The translations under genes were made by a program, and so were the position numbers. A DNA stretch of 64,000 nt from Schmidtea polychroa (taxonomy: Eukaryota), in assembly GCA_044892525.1 (NCBI GenBank), contig CM097887.1:107362397-107426396 (forward strand). Direction: 5' to 3'. Under the pieces are notes generated by a model that was given only the letters and a program-made list of their open reading frames with translations, had not been told where the DNA came from and made no database searches. Every line of letters begins with the position of its first letter. The stretch's first letter is position 1. Positions 1 to 11,145 of this stretch are shown piece by piece.

Positions 1-24
1 ATCTTTATTATTACTTATTTCTAG

Positions 25-1473
25 AAAGCGGCAAGTTTGAAGAATGCTGTAGTATAAGAGTTTGTCTAGATAAAAATGATTGTAAAGATGAAGAAGGCAA
101 AATATATCAACTAAAATTTTGCAAATGCGAAAGTAAATAATTTTTACAAAAATCTTACCAAAGAATTTTTTTTATAATATCGACAACAGAAAAGTAACAC
201 ATTTTTGACCGTTATAATTTAATTTTCAGTTTGCGGCAAATCTGACGAATGCTGTTGTATTAAAGTTTGTTTGGAACGAAAAGACTGTAATGATCAGAAA
301 AATTCTTGCAAATTTATATTTTGCAATCCAGAAAGTATTTAATTTTTGTATTTTGAAATAAAAATAAAATAAAATATAAAATAAAATTTGATTGAGGTTG
401 ATAATAAAATAATCTTAATATAAGGTTTATTAATNNNNNNNNNNNNNNNNNNNNNNNNNNNNNNNNNNNNNNNNNNNNNNNNNNNNNNNNNNNNNNNNNN
501 NNNNNNNNNNNNNNNNNNNNNNNNNNNNNNNNNNNNNNNNNNNNNNNNNNNNNNNNNNNNNNNNNNNNNNNNNNNNNNNNNNNNNNNNNNNNNNNNNNNN
601 NNNNNNNNNNNNNNNNNNNNNNNNNNNNNNNNNNNNNNNNNNNNNNNNNNNNNNNNNAATAAGAATCATGTTTTAACGTATATTTAATATAAATAGTATC
701 ATAAATATTTTTGTTAGAACTAATATTATAAAATATTTTTAAATTAGATTTATCACATGTACAAAGATTTTTATTTTATTTTAATTATTATTAATCTTCA
801 GTATGTGGCAAATTCGAAGAATGCTGTTGTGTAAAAGTTTGTTTAGAGCAAAAAGATAACAAAGATATAAATGAAAAAGCCGAGATAAAATCAAGCAATG
901 CCGAAAGTAAATAATTTTTCAATAAAAAATTAAATATAAAACATATTGCTAAGAAATCATTAGTAGAATATTATCACAGTTATTATTAAATTATTTTATA
1001 TATATAATACCAAGTGATGAAGCTAGAAAAGATGGAGATTCATAAAATATATTTAACTTAATATTTAAATTATAATTTATCAGTAGTCTTTCGGTGAATT
1101 GACAGTTATACATTCTTTTCTAGTAAATATATTCATTTTAGATNNNNNNNNNNNNNNNNNNNNNNNNNNNNNNNNNNNNNNNNNNNNNNNNNNNNNNNNN
1201 NNNNNNNNNNNNNNNNNNNNNNNNNNNNNNNNNNNNNNNNNNNNNNNNNNNNNNNNNNNNNNNNNNNNNNNNNNNNNNNNNNNATTTGTTTGATGTTTTA
1301 AATGAGTATATTTTCAGTTTGCGACACATCTGATGAATGCTGTTGTGTTAAAATTTGCCTTGAAACAGACGACTGCAAAAGTCAAAGTAAATAAATTTTA
1401 TGAAAGTAAATAATTTTTAATTTAATTAATTAATTTAGAAAATGAGTGCTGTGCAAAGAAAACGAGCTGCTAA
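25..1473 (+). CDS. 3' exons of a cysteine-rich repeat protein gene (5' part outside window; more exons may lie under N-runs)
   Basis: AG/GT-bounded phase-1 symmetric exons at 25-132, 230-334, 802-906 and 1318-1386 each encode a CGKxEECCC(V/I)K(V/I)CL(E/D)xxDC-like unit. Terminal exon 1439-1473 encodes NECCAKKTSC*. Confidence 0.75.
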
Positions 1474-2309
1474 TTGAACTGAAATTAAAATTTCCAACAG
1501 ATCAAAATTAATTGTGTTAATTTATAAAAATTATTTCTAAAAATATACTCTTGTTAATTTTTAATAAAAATATTTATCAATATATTTTATTAAAATATTT
1601 TGTTTAGTTATAAATTTTATTAAATTAAAATTTATGTTCATTCTGTAGCATATAGAATGACTTGACGAATTTTTATAATATTCAATTGTTAAGGAATTAA
1701 TCTAATTGACCTTTGTCAGTCATTGTGAGTGATTTTATAATATTTTTTAACTATGTTTATTGGTTTGGATGTAAGTGTTAGGAAAATGAAAGATTCCAGC
1801 GAATTCACCGATAAATATTTGTGGCGGGACAACTGAGATGGTTGTTTGTAAATTGTGTTGAATGTGCGAGTGTAAATAAATTTTCTATTACAATAACAAT
1901 AAACCAACCCGAGTACAAAATGATCTTTAATATAACTAGTTTTAAAATAATAAATTTTCAATTAAATAATTAAATAATAAAATGTTAGTAGATGTTTTGG
2001 TAGATTGTGCCGTTTCACGTTTTTCATAATTGGTCGTGCTTGCTGCTGTGTGTGCATGCTTTTATTTGAATTAGAATATCGAATTCCTTAACTTTGAGTT
2101 TGTTTCAATTCGTAGAATTTCTAATTTGTTTTTTTAATTATTTATTGAATTTATTTGGAATTTGAATTAATAATATCGATTGCGATTGGATATTTAGAGT
2201 TTTTTCTTTGTTAATTGAAAATTAAATTGAATTTTCTGGAATAGACTGGTTGCAGTAAATGGATTATAATGAAAAGAAGAGGATCATTGCTTTGAAAACA
2301 ACGAATGAC

Positions 2310-2652
2310 TCTGAGACGCTTACATTTCAAGCAGAAATCGCCTAACTGTTGAGCATTATTAACGATTCTTTCTATTCCAACAAAGAAATCATTTTGAGTG
2401 ATGACAATTCAAATTCTTTTTTGGATACTGCCAAAAAGTAATGATTAAAATTATTTCCGAAAAAGATGCTGGAACTTTAAATATTATTGACACTGGAATC
2501 GGAATGACAATAGCAGATTTGATCAACAATTTGAGAACAATCGCTAGACCTGAAACTAAGACATTCCTGAGAGCACCATGCTGAAGCTGATATTTCAATG
2601 ATGGGGCAATTCGGAATAGGTTTCTACTCATCTTATTTAGTGGCAGACAGCA
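2310..2652 (+). pseudogene. HSP90: Hsp90 N-terminal ATPase-domain pseudogene fragment
   Basis: Translates to ETLTFQAEIA*LLSIINDSFYSNKEI...[21 protein letters not shown]...[21 protein letters not shown], with a stop, a frameshift and an internal deletion; no introns. Confidence 0.85.
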
Positions 2653-3799
2653 TTCTATTTTATGAAAATCCAATAATCAGAAACACCAGCATTGAATGAT
2701 TGAATAATTGATTGCCGAATTAATTTTATTATTTTTTTAAAAACAAATAAAAAAATAAAGGAAACGTTACATCACTTACAGAGGGAATTGATATATTAAA
2801 AAAAAATTCAAAGAAATATAAATACAATGAAAAGTTGCAAACAAACCAAGAAAAAAGAAAATTCTTTAAAAATTAGGTCAGATATATTGGTCACATCATC
2901 TTGGACCACATTATAATCAAATGTTTCCCACAACCGATAACAGTGACACAACTCCAAAGTTTCTGATAAATAATAAACTTTTATCACATTTTGAATATAA
3001 AAAATTAGCATATCTGTATAAACTTTGATTTGTTATGAAAAGTTGCTATGTTAAAACATTTTAAAATAATTATTGTTTTGTTTTAAAATGGCGAAAACCA
3101 CTAATAAAAAACTAAGTAACAACAAGCGATAAATCAATAAACATATATTAATAAAAGTTGTCTTATTTCAATATTACTATATTATCAACTACAAATGTAG
3201 ATGGTTAGGAGCCTGCTAGATCACATACCCCAAACCCCCCAAAAAATATTTTTTTAAATTATGTAGGTCAACTCAAAAATTTGATTTTTTTACGATTTTC
3301 AATGTTTTTTCTCGAAAATTTTATGATTATTTACGATTTTCAAGATATTTTAGAGTTTTTATGTGGGTCAACTCAAAAATATGTAGGTAAACTTAAATTT
3401 TATAATTTTTTACGATTTTCAAAATTTTTCCTCAAAATATTTTAGAATTTTTATGTAGGTCAACTGAAATACCTAGAAAATTTTTTAAAAATAAGTAGGT
3501 CAAGTTAAACTTATGTAGGTCAAGTCGAAATTATGTAGGTCAGCTCAAGAATTATGCAGGTCAACTCAAAATCTATTTAGGTCACATACATACACGATAT
3601 ATACTTACAATAAATAGTCTAACTTAAAATATATAAAAGAAATATAAAAGAACTGATTTTAATCATGCATGCGTGTAATCGAAAATAAATAAGGGATCAT
3701 TCAACAACTATTAAGAATTGAAAATTGTTATAATATAGTTTCAATAAATAGTCTAACTCAAAGTAGGTCAAATACAAGCATGCTATATATACATTTAAA

Positions 3800-4225
3800 T
3801 TCGTCTCTATATTTTGCCAAGACTTTTTATTGAAGCTGATACTTCCTTAACTTGGATAAATCCAGCACTGATTGACCGATGTAGCTGGGTCTATCTAAGC
3901 AGATAACATTTTTATTTAAATGTGCTGCAATCAAATCCTCATCAATCCTGATCGACTTTTTTGAATTGTGGCTTTGATGCATATGTAATTAACCTTTCAG
4001 CTGAATTACACAGCCTCAAATTCATTCGTTTTTTCAGGTTTTCTACGGATTTCCCGTACAAACTATTATGAAATAATTTATATAGATCACGACATATAAT
4101 TCATATTGTGAGTTAGCTCTCAATTGGGTATTTTTATCTTTGTAATGTTTAAATATTGGTGCCTGTTTAAATTTAATAACTCTGTGCACTTTAATTACAG
4201 GACGCACCAGGTCTTTCATTGGGGG
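3800..4225 (-). pseudogene. Polinton/Maverick-type family B DNA polymerase fragment (copy 1)
   Basis: Minus strand gives KVHRVIKFKQAPIFKHYKDKNTQLRANS...YKLFHNSLYGKSVENLKKRMNLRLCNS...DRPSYIGQSVLDLSKL. This includes the PolB region III motif KLxxNSLYGK, with frameshifts and a stop. Confidence 0.75.
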
Positions 4226-5060
4226 CTGATATGGTGATATGATATCACATTTTCAATATAAAAAATTAGCATATCTGTATAAACTTTGATTTGTTATGAA
4301 AAGTTGCTATGTTAAAACATTTTAAAATAATTATTGTTTTGTTTTAAAATGGCGAAAACCACTAATAAAAAACTAAGTAACAACAAGCGATAAATCAATA
4401 AACATATATTAATAAAAGTTGTCTTATTTCAATATTACTATATTATCAACTACAAATGTAGATGGTTAGGAGCCTGCTAGATCACATACCCCAAACCCCC
4501 CAAAAAATATTTTTTTAAATTATGTAGGTCAACTCAAAAATTTGATTTTTTTACGATTTTCAATGTTTTTTCTCGAAAATTTTATGATTATTTACGATTT
4601 TCAAGATATTTTAGAGTTTTTATGTGGGTCAACTCAAAAATATGTAGGTAAACTTAAATTTTATAATTTTTTACGATTTTCAAAATTTTTCCTCAAAATA
4701 TTTTAGAATTTTTATGTAGGTCAACTGAAATACCTAGAAAATTTTTTAAAAATAAGTAGGTCAAGTTAAACTTATGTAGGTCAAGTCGAAATTATGTAGG
4801 TCAGCTCAAGAATTATGCAGGTCAACTCAAAATCTATTTAGGTCACATACATACACGATATATACTTACAATAAATAGTCTAACTTAAAATATATAAAAG
4901 AAATATAAAAGAACTGATTTTAATCATGCATGCGTGTAATCGAAAATAAATAAGGGATCATTCAACAACTATTAAGAATTGAAAATTGTTATAATATAGT
5001 TTCAATAAATAGTCTAACTCAAAGTAGGTCAAATACAAGCATGCTATATATACATTTAAA

Positions 5061-5486
5061 TTCGTCTCTATATTTTGCCAAGACTTTTTATTGAAGCTGA
5101 TACTTCCTTAACTTGGATAAATCCAGCACTGATTGACCGATGTAGCTGGGTCTATCTAAGCAGATAACATTTTTATTTAAATGTGCTGCAATCAAATCCT
5201 CATCAATCCTGATCGACTTTTTTGAATTGTGGCTTTGATGCATATGTAATTAACCTTTCAGCTGAATTACACAGCCTCAAATTCATTCGTTTTTTCAGGT
5301 TTTCTACGGATTTCCCGTACAAACTATTATGAAATAATTTATATAGATCACGACATATAATTCATATTGTGAGTTAGCTCTCAATTGGGTATTTTTATCT
5401 TTGTAATGTTTAAATATTGGTGCCTGTTTAAATTTAATAACTCTGTGCACTTTAATTACAGGACGCACCAGGTCTTTCATTGGGGG
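5061..5486 (-). pseudogene. Polinton/Maverick-type family B DNA polymerase fragment (copy 2)
   Basis: Same sequence as 3800-4225, offset by 1,261 bp. Confidence 0.75.
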
Positions 5487-5955
5487 CTGATATGGTGATA
5501 TGATATCACATTTTCAATATAAAAAATTAGCATATCTGTATATACTTTGATTTATTATGAAAAGTTGCAATATTAAAACATTTTAAAATAATTATTGTTT
5601 TGTTTTAAAATGGCAAAAACCACTAATAAAAAACTAAGTAACAACAAGCGATAAATCAATAAACATATACAGTACAATCCGCTTAATAGCACATCGTTTT
5701 ATATCACAATACGCTTATTATCACGCCAAGATGTAGAACAAAAACCGTAGATAATACACTCATTATATTTTAAATGCTTAATAGCACATTGCTAATATTC
5801 AACATCGCTTAATATCACCTTTTTTGTATTAAAAACTATGGCTTCATTAAAATAATACCATGATATTGTTATATTACCTATTAATACGCTGTTGGTTTTA
5901 AGATCAATGAACTGATTAAAAAATATTTGTTATCAATTTTAACTACCCCTTAATA

Positions 5956-6050
5956 ATGACAGAAAACAGAAGACGCAACGACATTTCAATAAAGACAAAA
6001 TTGGAGATAATTGCTGAATGTGATAAAGTTCCAAAACAGACATTTTCTAT
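5956..6050 (+). pseudogene. N-terminal 31 codons of the Tigger transposase (HTH_psq-like), cut by the LTR insertion
   Basis: MTENRRRNDISIKTKLEIIAECDKVPKQTFS joins in frame to MIAEKFKIDRSTVSK at 36427 when the element and one CTAT copy are removed. Confidence 0.9.
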
Positions 6051-6584
6051 TGTTGGGGTTACACCTCGGCTGACTACTCTACTATGTTGACAGGTCTAAG
6101 GGTTGATTGTCCATCTCGAATAAAAGGTGCCACCGATTTGTCAACCTGGAGTGAAACCCCACATAACTTTCTTCCAACATAGTGCCCGTGAATCACTTCA
6201 CGTTGGTACTGCACTATGCAGGCGAGACGCCAGCAAGCAGGTGAGCTTCTGCCTTAAAACTACTCCTTGCTGAGGCCTCGACTTCCCATTCACGACTGCC
6301 GATAGAAGGGCTTACGTCCATTTCCTTACACAACCGCTTATCGGGATTCGCTGAATGCAAATTGGGAATTTCTCACTAGATCTTGCGGGTTCTCTACTCG
6401 ACCCACTTAATTAAAGTCTAATTATTCATGAACGAAGACGTGTAAGACAACAAGATTTATTAATTTCAAGGTTATGACACAAGGATTCAGCTGTACACTT
6501 TACTAACGTTTATCGAAAGAAGAGAAAACATCGTAATCAACATAGATCGGATCCTTGTTCCTCATCCTGACCGCCACTGGGGTT

Positions 6585-7337
6585 TTATTGTTTCTCCCAT
6601 TCAGCGTCGGCGAATAATTCGTCGAGGTTAAAAAACTCGGAAGCGTTCTCTTCCCACGTTACGCCAGCGGCTGATATGATTCGCGCTGAGGGTCCCGTTG
6701 TTAGGTCGATGGACACGTGAGAGTTGCCACCGTTGGTTGAGTCCTCTATTGATGGGATGTTTGGCTTGGTAGTGGCGCGTTCGCGCTGTCTCTTCTTGCG
6801 CTCCGCACGAGAGAGTTGTTTGCGCTTGGGTTTGCTTGAAGATGCCACTTGCAGAAGGGTGACTGAGACAGATGGACTAGCAGTGGGGGGCTTACTGGTA
6901 CCCGTGATGACAACATCTGGTCGCTTGGGGGACAATTCGTTTTCGACGCAGTCTCGGCACGGTCTCTTGAACGGTGGAGATGGATTCGAGGAAAGGTTGT
7001 GATGAGGCGGAAAGATGTCACCGGCCTCTCGGATGGGAATCTGCACTATTTTTCGGGTTGTGGCCGCCTGCACGTAAACCTTATGCAGTGCCTCGGATTG
7101 TTCTCTGATTAGACTTCTTTGGGCACGGCTCTCAGATATTAGCGCGTCCCGACAATGCTCGCTACGATCGAGCTTCTTTTGGATCTCCTTCATCCGAGCG
7201 GGACTAAACCATGTCCCTTCCAGCTCGTCGATTTTTCGTTTATATCGACCGATCTGGGCTTGAAGATCTTTAATCACTGCATTTTTATCTGAGCAGGAGA
7301 AGCAGGGACGTAGAGCTGATTTGTTGTTTGATAACAT
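6585..7337 (-). CDS. LTR-encoded 250-aa protein (two CxxC, coiled coil, basic NLS-like stretch, acidic/aromatic C-terminus); 3' LTR copy
   Basis: ATG-initiated ORF in element sense. Acceptor-like ttttcttctttAG lies 9 nt upstream of the ATG. AATAAA overlaps the stop (6584-6589) and a second occurs at 6456-6461. Confidence 0.7.
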   Translation of the reverse strand: MLSNNKSALRPCFSCSDKNAVIKDLQAQIGRYKRKIDELEGTWFSPARMKEIQKKLDRSEHCRDALISESRAQRSLIREQSEALHKVYVQAATTRKIVQIPIREAGDIFPPHHNLSSNPSPPFKRPCRDCVENELSPKRPDVVITGTSKPPTASPSVSVTLLQVASSSKPKRKQLSRAERKKRQRERATTKPNIPSIEDSTNGGNSHVSIDLTTGPSARIISAAGVTWEENASEFFNLDELFADAEWEKQ

Positions 7338-9742
7338 AATGGATGGCTAAAGAAGAAAACTATGGTGACTATATCTAAAAATTTCGGATCAGATATACGG
7401 TTTATTCGCTATTGGATACTTAGTGCTGGAAGAAAACAAGACGAGTCGATGAAACAGGATCCCTCCCTTCACCCTTGATTACTAATATTTTACGTATCCT
7501 TTACAAAAATTATTCCTCAACGCCCTGATTGCTTCCCTGACGAATGCAAATTATTTGTAAAAATTTTTATTTTCGTCTATCGCGTTCAAGTTGGATTTCT
7601 ATCTATCGCACATAAAGGCAATTTACGGATTTATTCCTGCCGGAGCGAATAACCCTATTTCATTACAAATACACTATACTACACTTCGTTTAAATTTCGC
7701 TGATTATTTGTTATTATTCTAATGCAAAATAAGGTTTTTGGACCAAATGCAACTAGTAAAAACTTGCACCCTGACCTCAAGTAGCGGAATAAGTAACAAC
7801 TCGTAATTTCGTATAAACTATACGTCACTATTTTATGATTACCCCTTATCCATACCATACGGTGATATCGTCGTAGAAATATAGCATCGTAAAAATATTG
7901 TAATTACATAATAATTTGTTAACGGATTTAGTTTTCTATTACAATACGTCATTTACAGGGAATATGAGAAATTTAACTACAATGTTACTAGCTATTTTAT
8001 AACCCAAAAATTCCTGTAGATACTTTAGTTAATTTAAATTTGGCTCGAAGGCTACTACTATTATTTGTAACATCTAATTAGAATTACGATAAACCTCTAC
8101 AACACTTAGGTAAAACTTCCTATGGTTTAGTTATAAAGTTTGGTTTGAATTTTCGATTATTAATTAAAATACCCTTTCAACAATTTCGATTTTTATTTAG
8201 CATATTTAATTTAAGCAAAATTATCTTTAATGAGTGCACTTTAGAGAGTCCCTTATCTTAGTAGTCGGTTACTGGTTATTTGGCTTATCTTTTTAGTGGT
8301 ACGAATGGCCTTTATCAGTAGTGAAATTTAAGAGTCAGTCATCTGGAAGTCACATCTCATGTCAGCATTATCTAATAGGACCACTGATTACTACTCACTC
8401 ACTAAGAATCCTAGAGAGGGTGACACATGGTGGCATTCCCTGCGGTGAGAGGCATTCGGAATGATTCTGCTGTTTCTCATGCATATTTCTGACCGGATGA
8501 CGCTACTCATAGTTATGTTAGCAGTATGTCTGTATGTATGGGTGCCTATTCGATGGAAATTTTATCTGTAACTATCAACCGTACTGAGCGAACTGCAAAT
8601 GTTACATCGCGTGTCGATTCCCATCTGAGCTTATGATGTTGGATTTATTTACTACGACTCGTAATTTCCTCAATATTGGATGCTTTTGAACGATGGAAGA
8701 TCTCTACGAACCAGCCAACTAGACTCTATGAAGCATATTTCAGTAGTGGATATTTCGACGCGACAGCATGAAAATTATTCAATGGGTATTACCAGATTTT
8801 GTTAATATATGTGATTGAATACAGTGTTATTGTGGTTTTATGTTTTACTTTTCCTTTATTGTAAATTCCTCATCATATGCTAAGATTTGGATGTCGCATC
8901 TGAAAGAGATGACCTAAATTAGATTTACTTTTTCAAAAATCTACCGAATGCAATTTCAACTTCTCGATATGTTAGAAAAACCAGCGATGGATGTTTAATG
9001 GTATTTTCCCCCACATGGTAAGTTCGGATTTATAGACAGAAGTGGCATGAATGTCTTATAAGACGACTCTGGACAATACAGAGTTAATAGGAGAACTCCC
9101 TCAGTCGCTGTGAAGCACATATCCTATTTTCGAAAATTTCATAAGGTTTCCTTTCGGTCTATATTTCGGTACTCTGACAGATTTTAAGTCCTTCAGCAAT
9201 TGGACCCGTGAAGAAGCCTTCACATTTCGGCCCAATCTAGCTGCGTGATTGAAATACTCCATGTCCACCGGCTGAGCTCCCGAAGGCACCTCGCACCATG
9301 ACATGGAGTATCTCAACGCCACGTTTCTCGTTAATATTAGAAATCATAAAACTATCACTTCAAAATAAATATCCATAAAAATTATGTAAGGGTTCACCTG
9401 TTACCAATAAATACTTTTAAACATTTAAATTATTTACTTTATCAAAATCGTTATTCAGGATCAAATGAAAAGAGAGTCCGGTTAAATTTAAAAGTTTAAT
9501 TGCTCATTAAATATACATATTTACTATTAACCTCGAAAAACAATATCATAAATAAAAATCCCTTACTATGGAATTAGGCTGAATCGGAAAATTAACGTTA
9601 GTCGTTCCAAATTAGTCTGATGATGGTTCGTCGAATGTCGATTGCTGTGACTGATTTCGAATTGCTGTGAAGTTTTTCGAATTAACTGTTGCTCTACTTG
9701 TATTGCTGATCCTGGAAATAAGTCTCCGTGAGTTGTAGATGT

Positions 9743-9819
9743 CTATGAAATGCTCGGGGTTAACAGTAAAAACAGTAAACATTTTTCTTACCTATGAAAT
9801 GCTCGGGGTTAACAGTAAA
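9743..9819. promoter_or_regulatory. 28-bp direct repeat in the U3-side of the LTR (9743-9770, 9792-9819; also 35957-35984, 36006-36033); candidate enhancer
   Basis: ctatgaaatgctcggggttaacagtaaa occurs twice, 49 bp apart. Function is inferred from position only. Confidence 0.45.
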
Positions 9820-10436
9820 TTTAATGTTTTTGGTAGTTGTATATATATCAAATTCTTATTTGTGCGGACCAATCAGAGTTGAGTACCGCTTATTTCTATT
9901 AATTTAATATAATTTTCTTGTTTTTAGGTTGTTTTTTCCTTATTTTCTTTATTTTTAATATGTTTTTCTATTTATTTCCTTAATTTCCTTATTATTTCTT
10001 GAATTCCTCTTTATTTATTTGTCAACTTGTTCTATTTTAATCTTTTCTTAATTTTATTTTTTGTTTTAATTCTTATGTCTTACTTATTATTTTCCTTATA
10101 TCTTATTCTATTTTATTTCTGATTTTATTTATTTTATTATTATTTTTCTTAATGTTCTACTTCCCTACTTTCCTATTTTTCAACGATTAAATTTTCGACT
10201 CAGCCCAACAAATCACTCGGGGACCCATCAAAATTGCGTCCCGCAATTGCATAATTAACTTAATTCATTCATTCAAAAAAAAAATATAACACGAACACGA
10301 AAATTATACAACAATGATAAAATTTTTATTGTAAGATCTAGGTCAAAGCAAGATCAAGCAAGTATCACTTAAGGTGATAGTTTGTACATACAATAAAAGT
10401 TTCCACATATAATAACACAAATGTTTGAGTTAGAGT

Positions 10437-11105
10437 TTATGAACTGTTAACCATTGATGCTTCTGCTGGCGGCTGTTGGTTGGTTTGGGTATTGATGTTG
10501 AGATAGGTCTGACTATTAGATTTCGGCTGGATTGGTTGATTACTCGGGGTTCGAGGTCGGAATGGGGTTGGGTTAAGATTTGTCAGGGGCACTTCTTGAG
10601 GATTTTGGTTCGAGGTTACTCTTATTGATGTCGAGATTCTACATCTATTTCGAACTTCGTAAATTTTCATGAATATTGGTAGACATAGGAGGAGGGTTTC
10701 TGCGATCACCACATATATGAGATAATGGGCGTTATTGATTTCGGGAGGTATTTTTGGCTTTTCTACCAGATTTCCAAAATTCTCTTGTTGCATTTGTTGT
10801 TCCAACTGGTCGAATTGTTGAATTTGTTCGAGGATTTGTTTGTTTATCATTTTACAAATGGGATTCTTTTTACACATTGTTTGGATGTTGTTGATGTGTG
10901 ATCGGGTTGATTGAATGGTTTGGATGATATGGGTTTTTACGGTCATCGGGTATGTGCATTGACTGGATTCTTGTTTAGGTTCTTGATTTTGATTTCGGTA
11001 ATCTCGTACGATTTTCGGTTGGGCGTCTATTTGTTTGCTCTCCTTCAGAATCATCAATACCATCATTGTTATCATCATCTCGCCTCGCATGATACTATTA
11101 TACAT
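10437..11105 (-). CDS. Accessory type I membrane protein (likely start Met6 at 11090)
   Basis: Met-rich signal-like N-terminus (MRGEMMITMMVLMILKESKQIDA-Q), Gln-rich helical ectodomain with two Cys, TM segment YLIYVVIAETLLLCLPIFM, Pro/Asn/Gln-rich tail. Confidence 0.75.
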   Translation of the reverse strand: MYNSIMRGEMMITMMVLMILKESKQIDAQPKIVRDYRNQNQEPKQESSQCTYPMTVKTHIIQTIQSTRSHINNIQTMCKKNPICKMINKQILEQIQQFDQLEQQMQQENFGNLVEKPKIPPEINNAHYLIYVVIAETLLLCLPIFMKIYEVRNRCRISTSIRVTSNQNPQEVPLTNLNPTPFRPRTPSNQPIQPKSNSQTYLNINTQTNQQPPAEASMVNSS

Positions 11106-11145
11106 TCATTATGTTTATTTACAATTGGTTTTAATGACCCTTAAT

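Larger units (their letters stand above)
2983..5669. repeat. 1,261-bp tandem repeat: two full units (2983-4243, 4244-5504) plus a partial third (5505-5669) interrupted by the Tigger element; about 30 bp resume at 37981
   Basis: The atcacatttt..aatataaaaaattagcatatctgta start recurs at 2983, 4244 and 5505. Units 1 and 2 look essentially identical; the partial third unit has several substitutions. Confidence 0.9.
6051..10210 (-). repeat. 3' LTR (4,160 bp)
   Basis: Direct repeat of 32265-36424 (offset 26,214). The only difference I spotted by eye is T9043 versus G35257. Confidence 0.97.

Noticed and set aside
430-1329. ORFs consisting mainly of X (also near 42.6-43.0, 47.0-47.6 and 63.1-63.4 kb)
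   Set aside because: Artefacts of translating N-runs.
1716-3011. Minus-strand ORFs 1716-1961 and 2808-3011 as exons of a host gene
   Set aside because: Some splice-like signals, but no recognisable protein and no consistent exon chain.
9101-9322. 73-aa minus-strand ORF in the LTR (also 35315-35536)
   Set aside because: GTG start, short, no recognisable motif; could be an exon but I cannot support it.
6051-10210. Possibility that the two 4.16-kb repeats are a segmental or assembly duplication
   Set aside because: TG...CA inverted ends, a 4-bp TSD splitting a transposase codon, the adjacent PBS and at least one mismatch all indicate true LTRs.
10437-10640. TRAF-binding motifs (PQEV, PIQP) in the membrane-protein tail
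   Set aside because: Neither completes PxQxT or PxExx-aromatic/acidic consensus.
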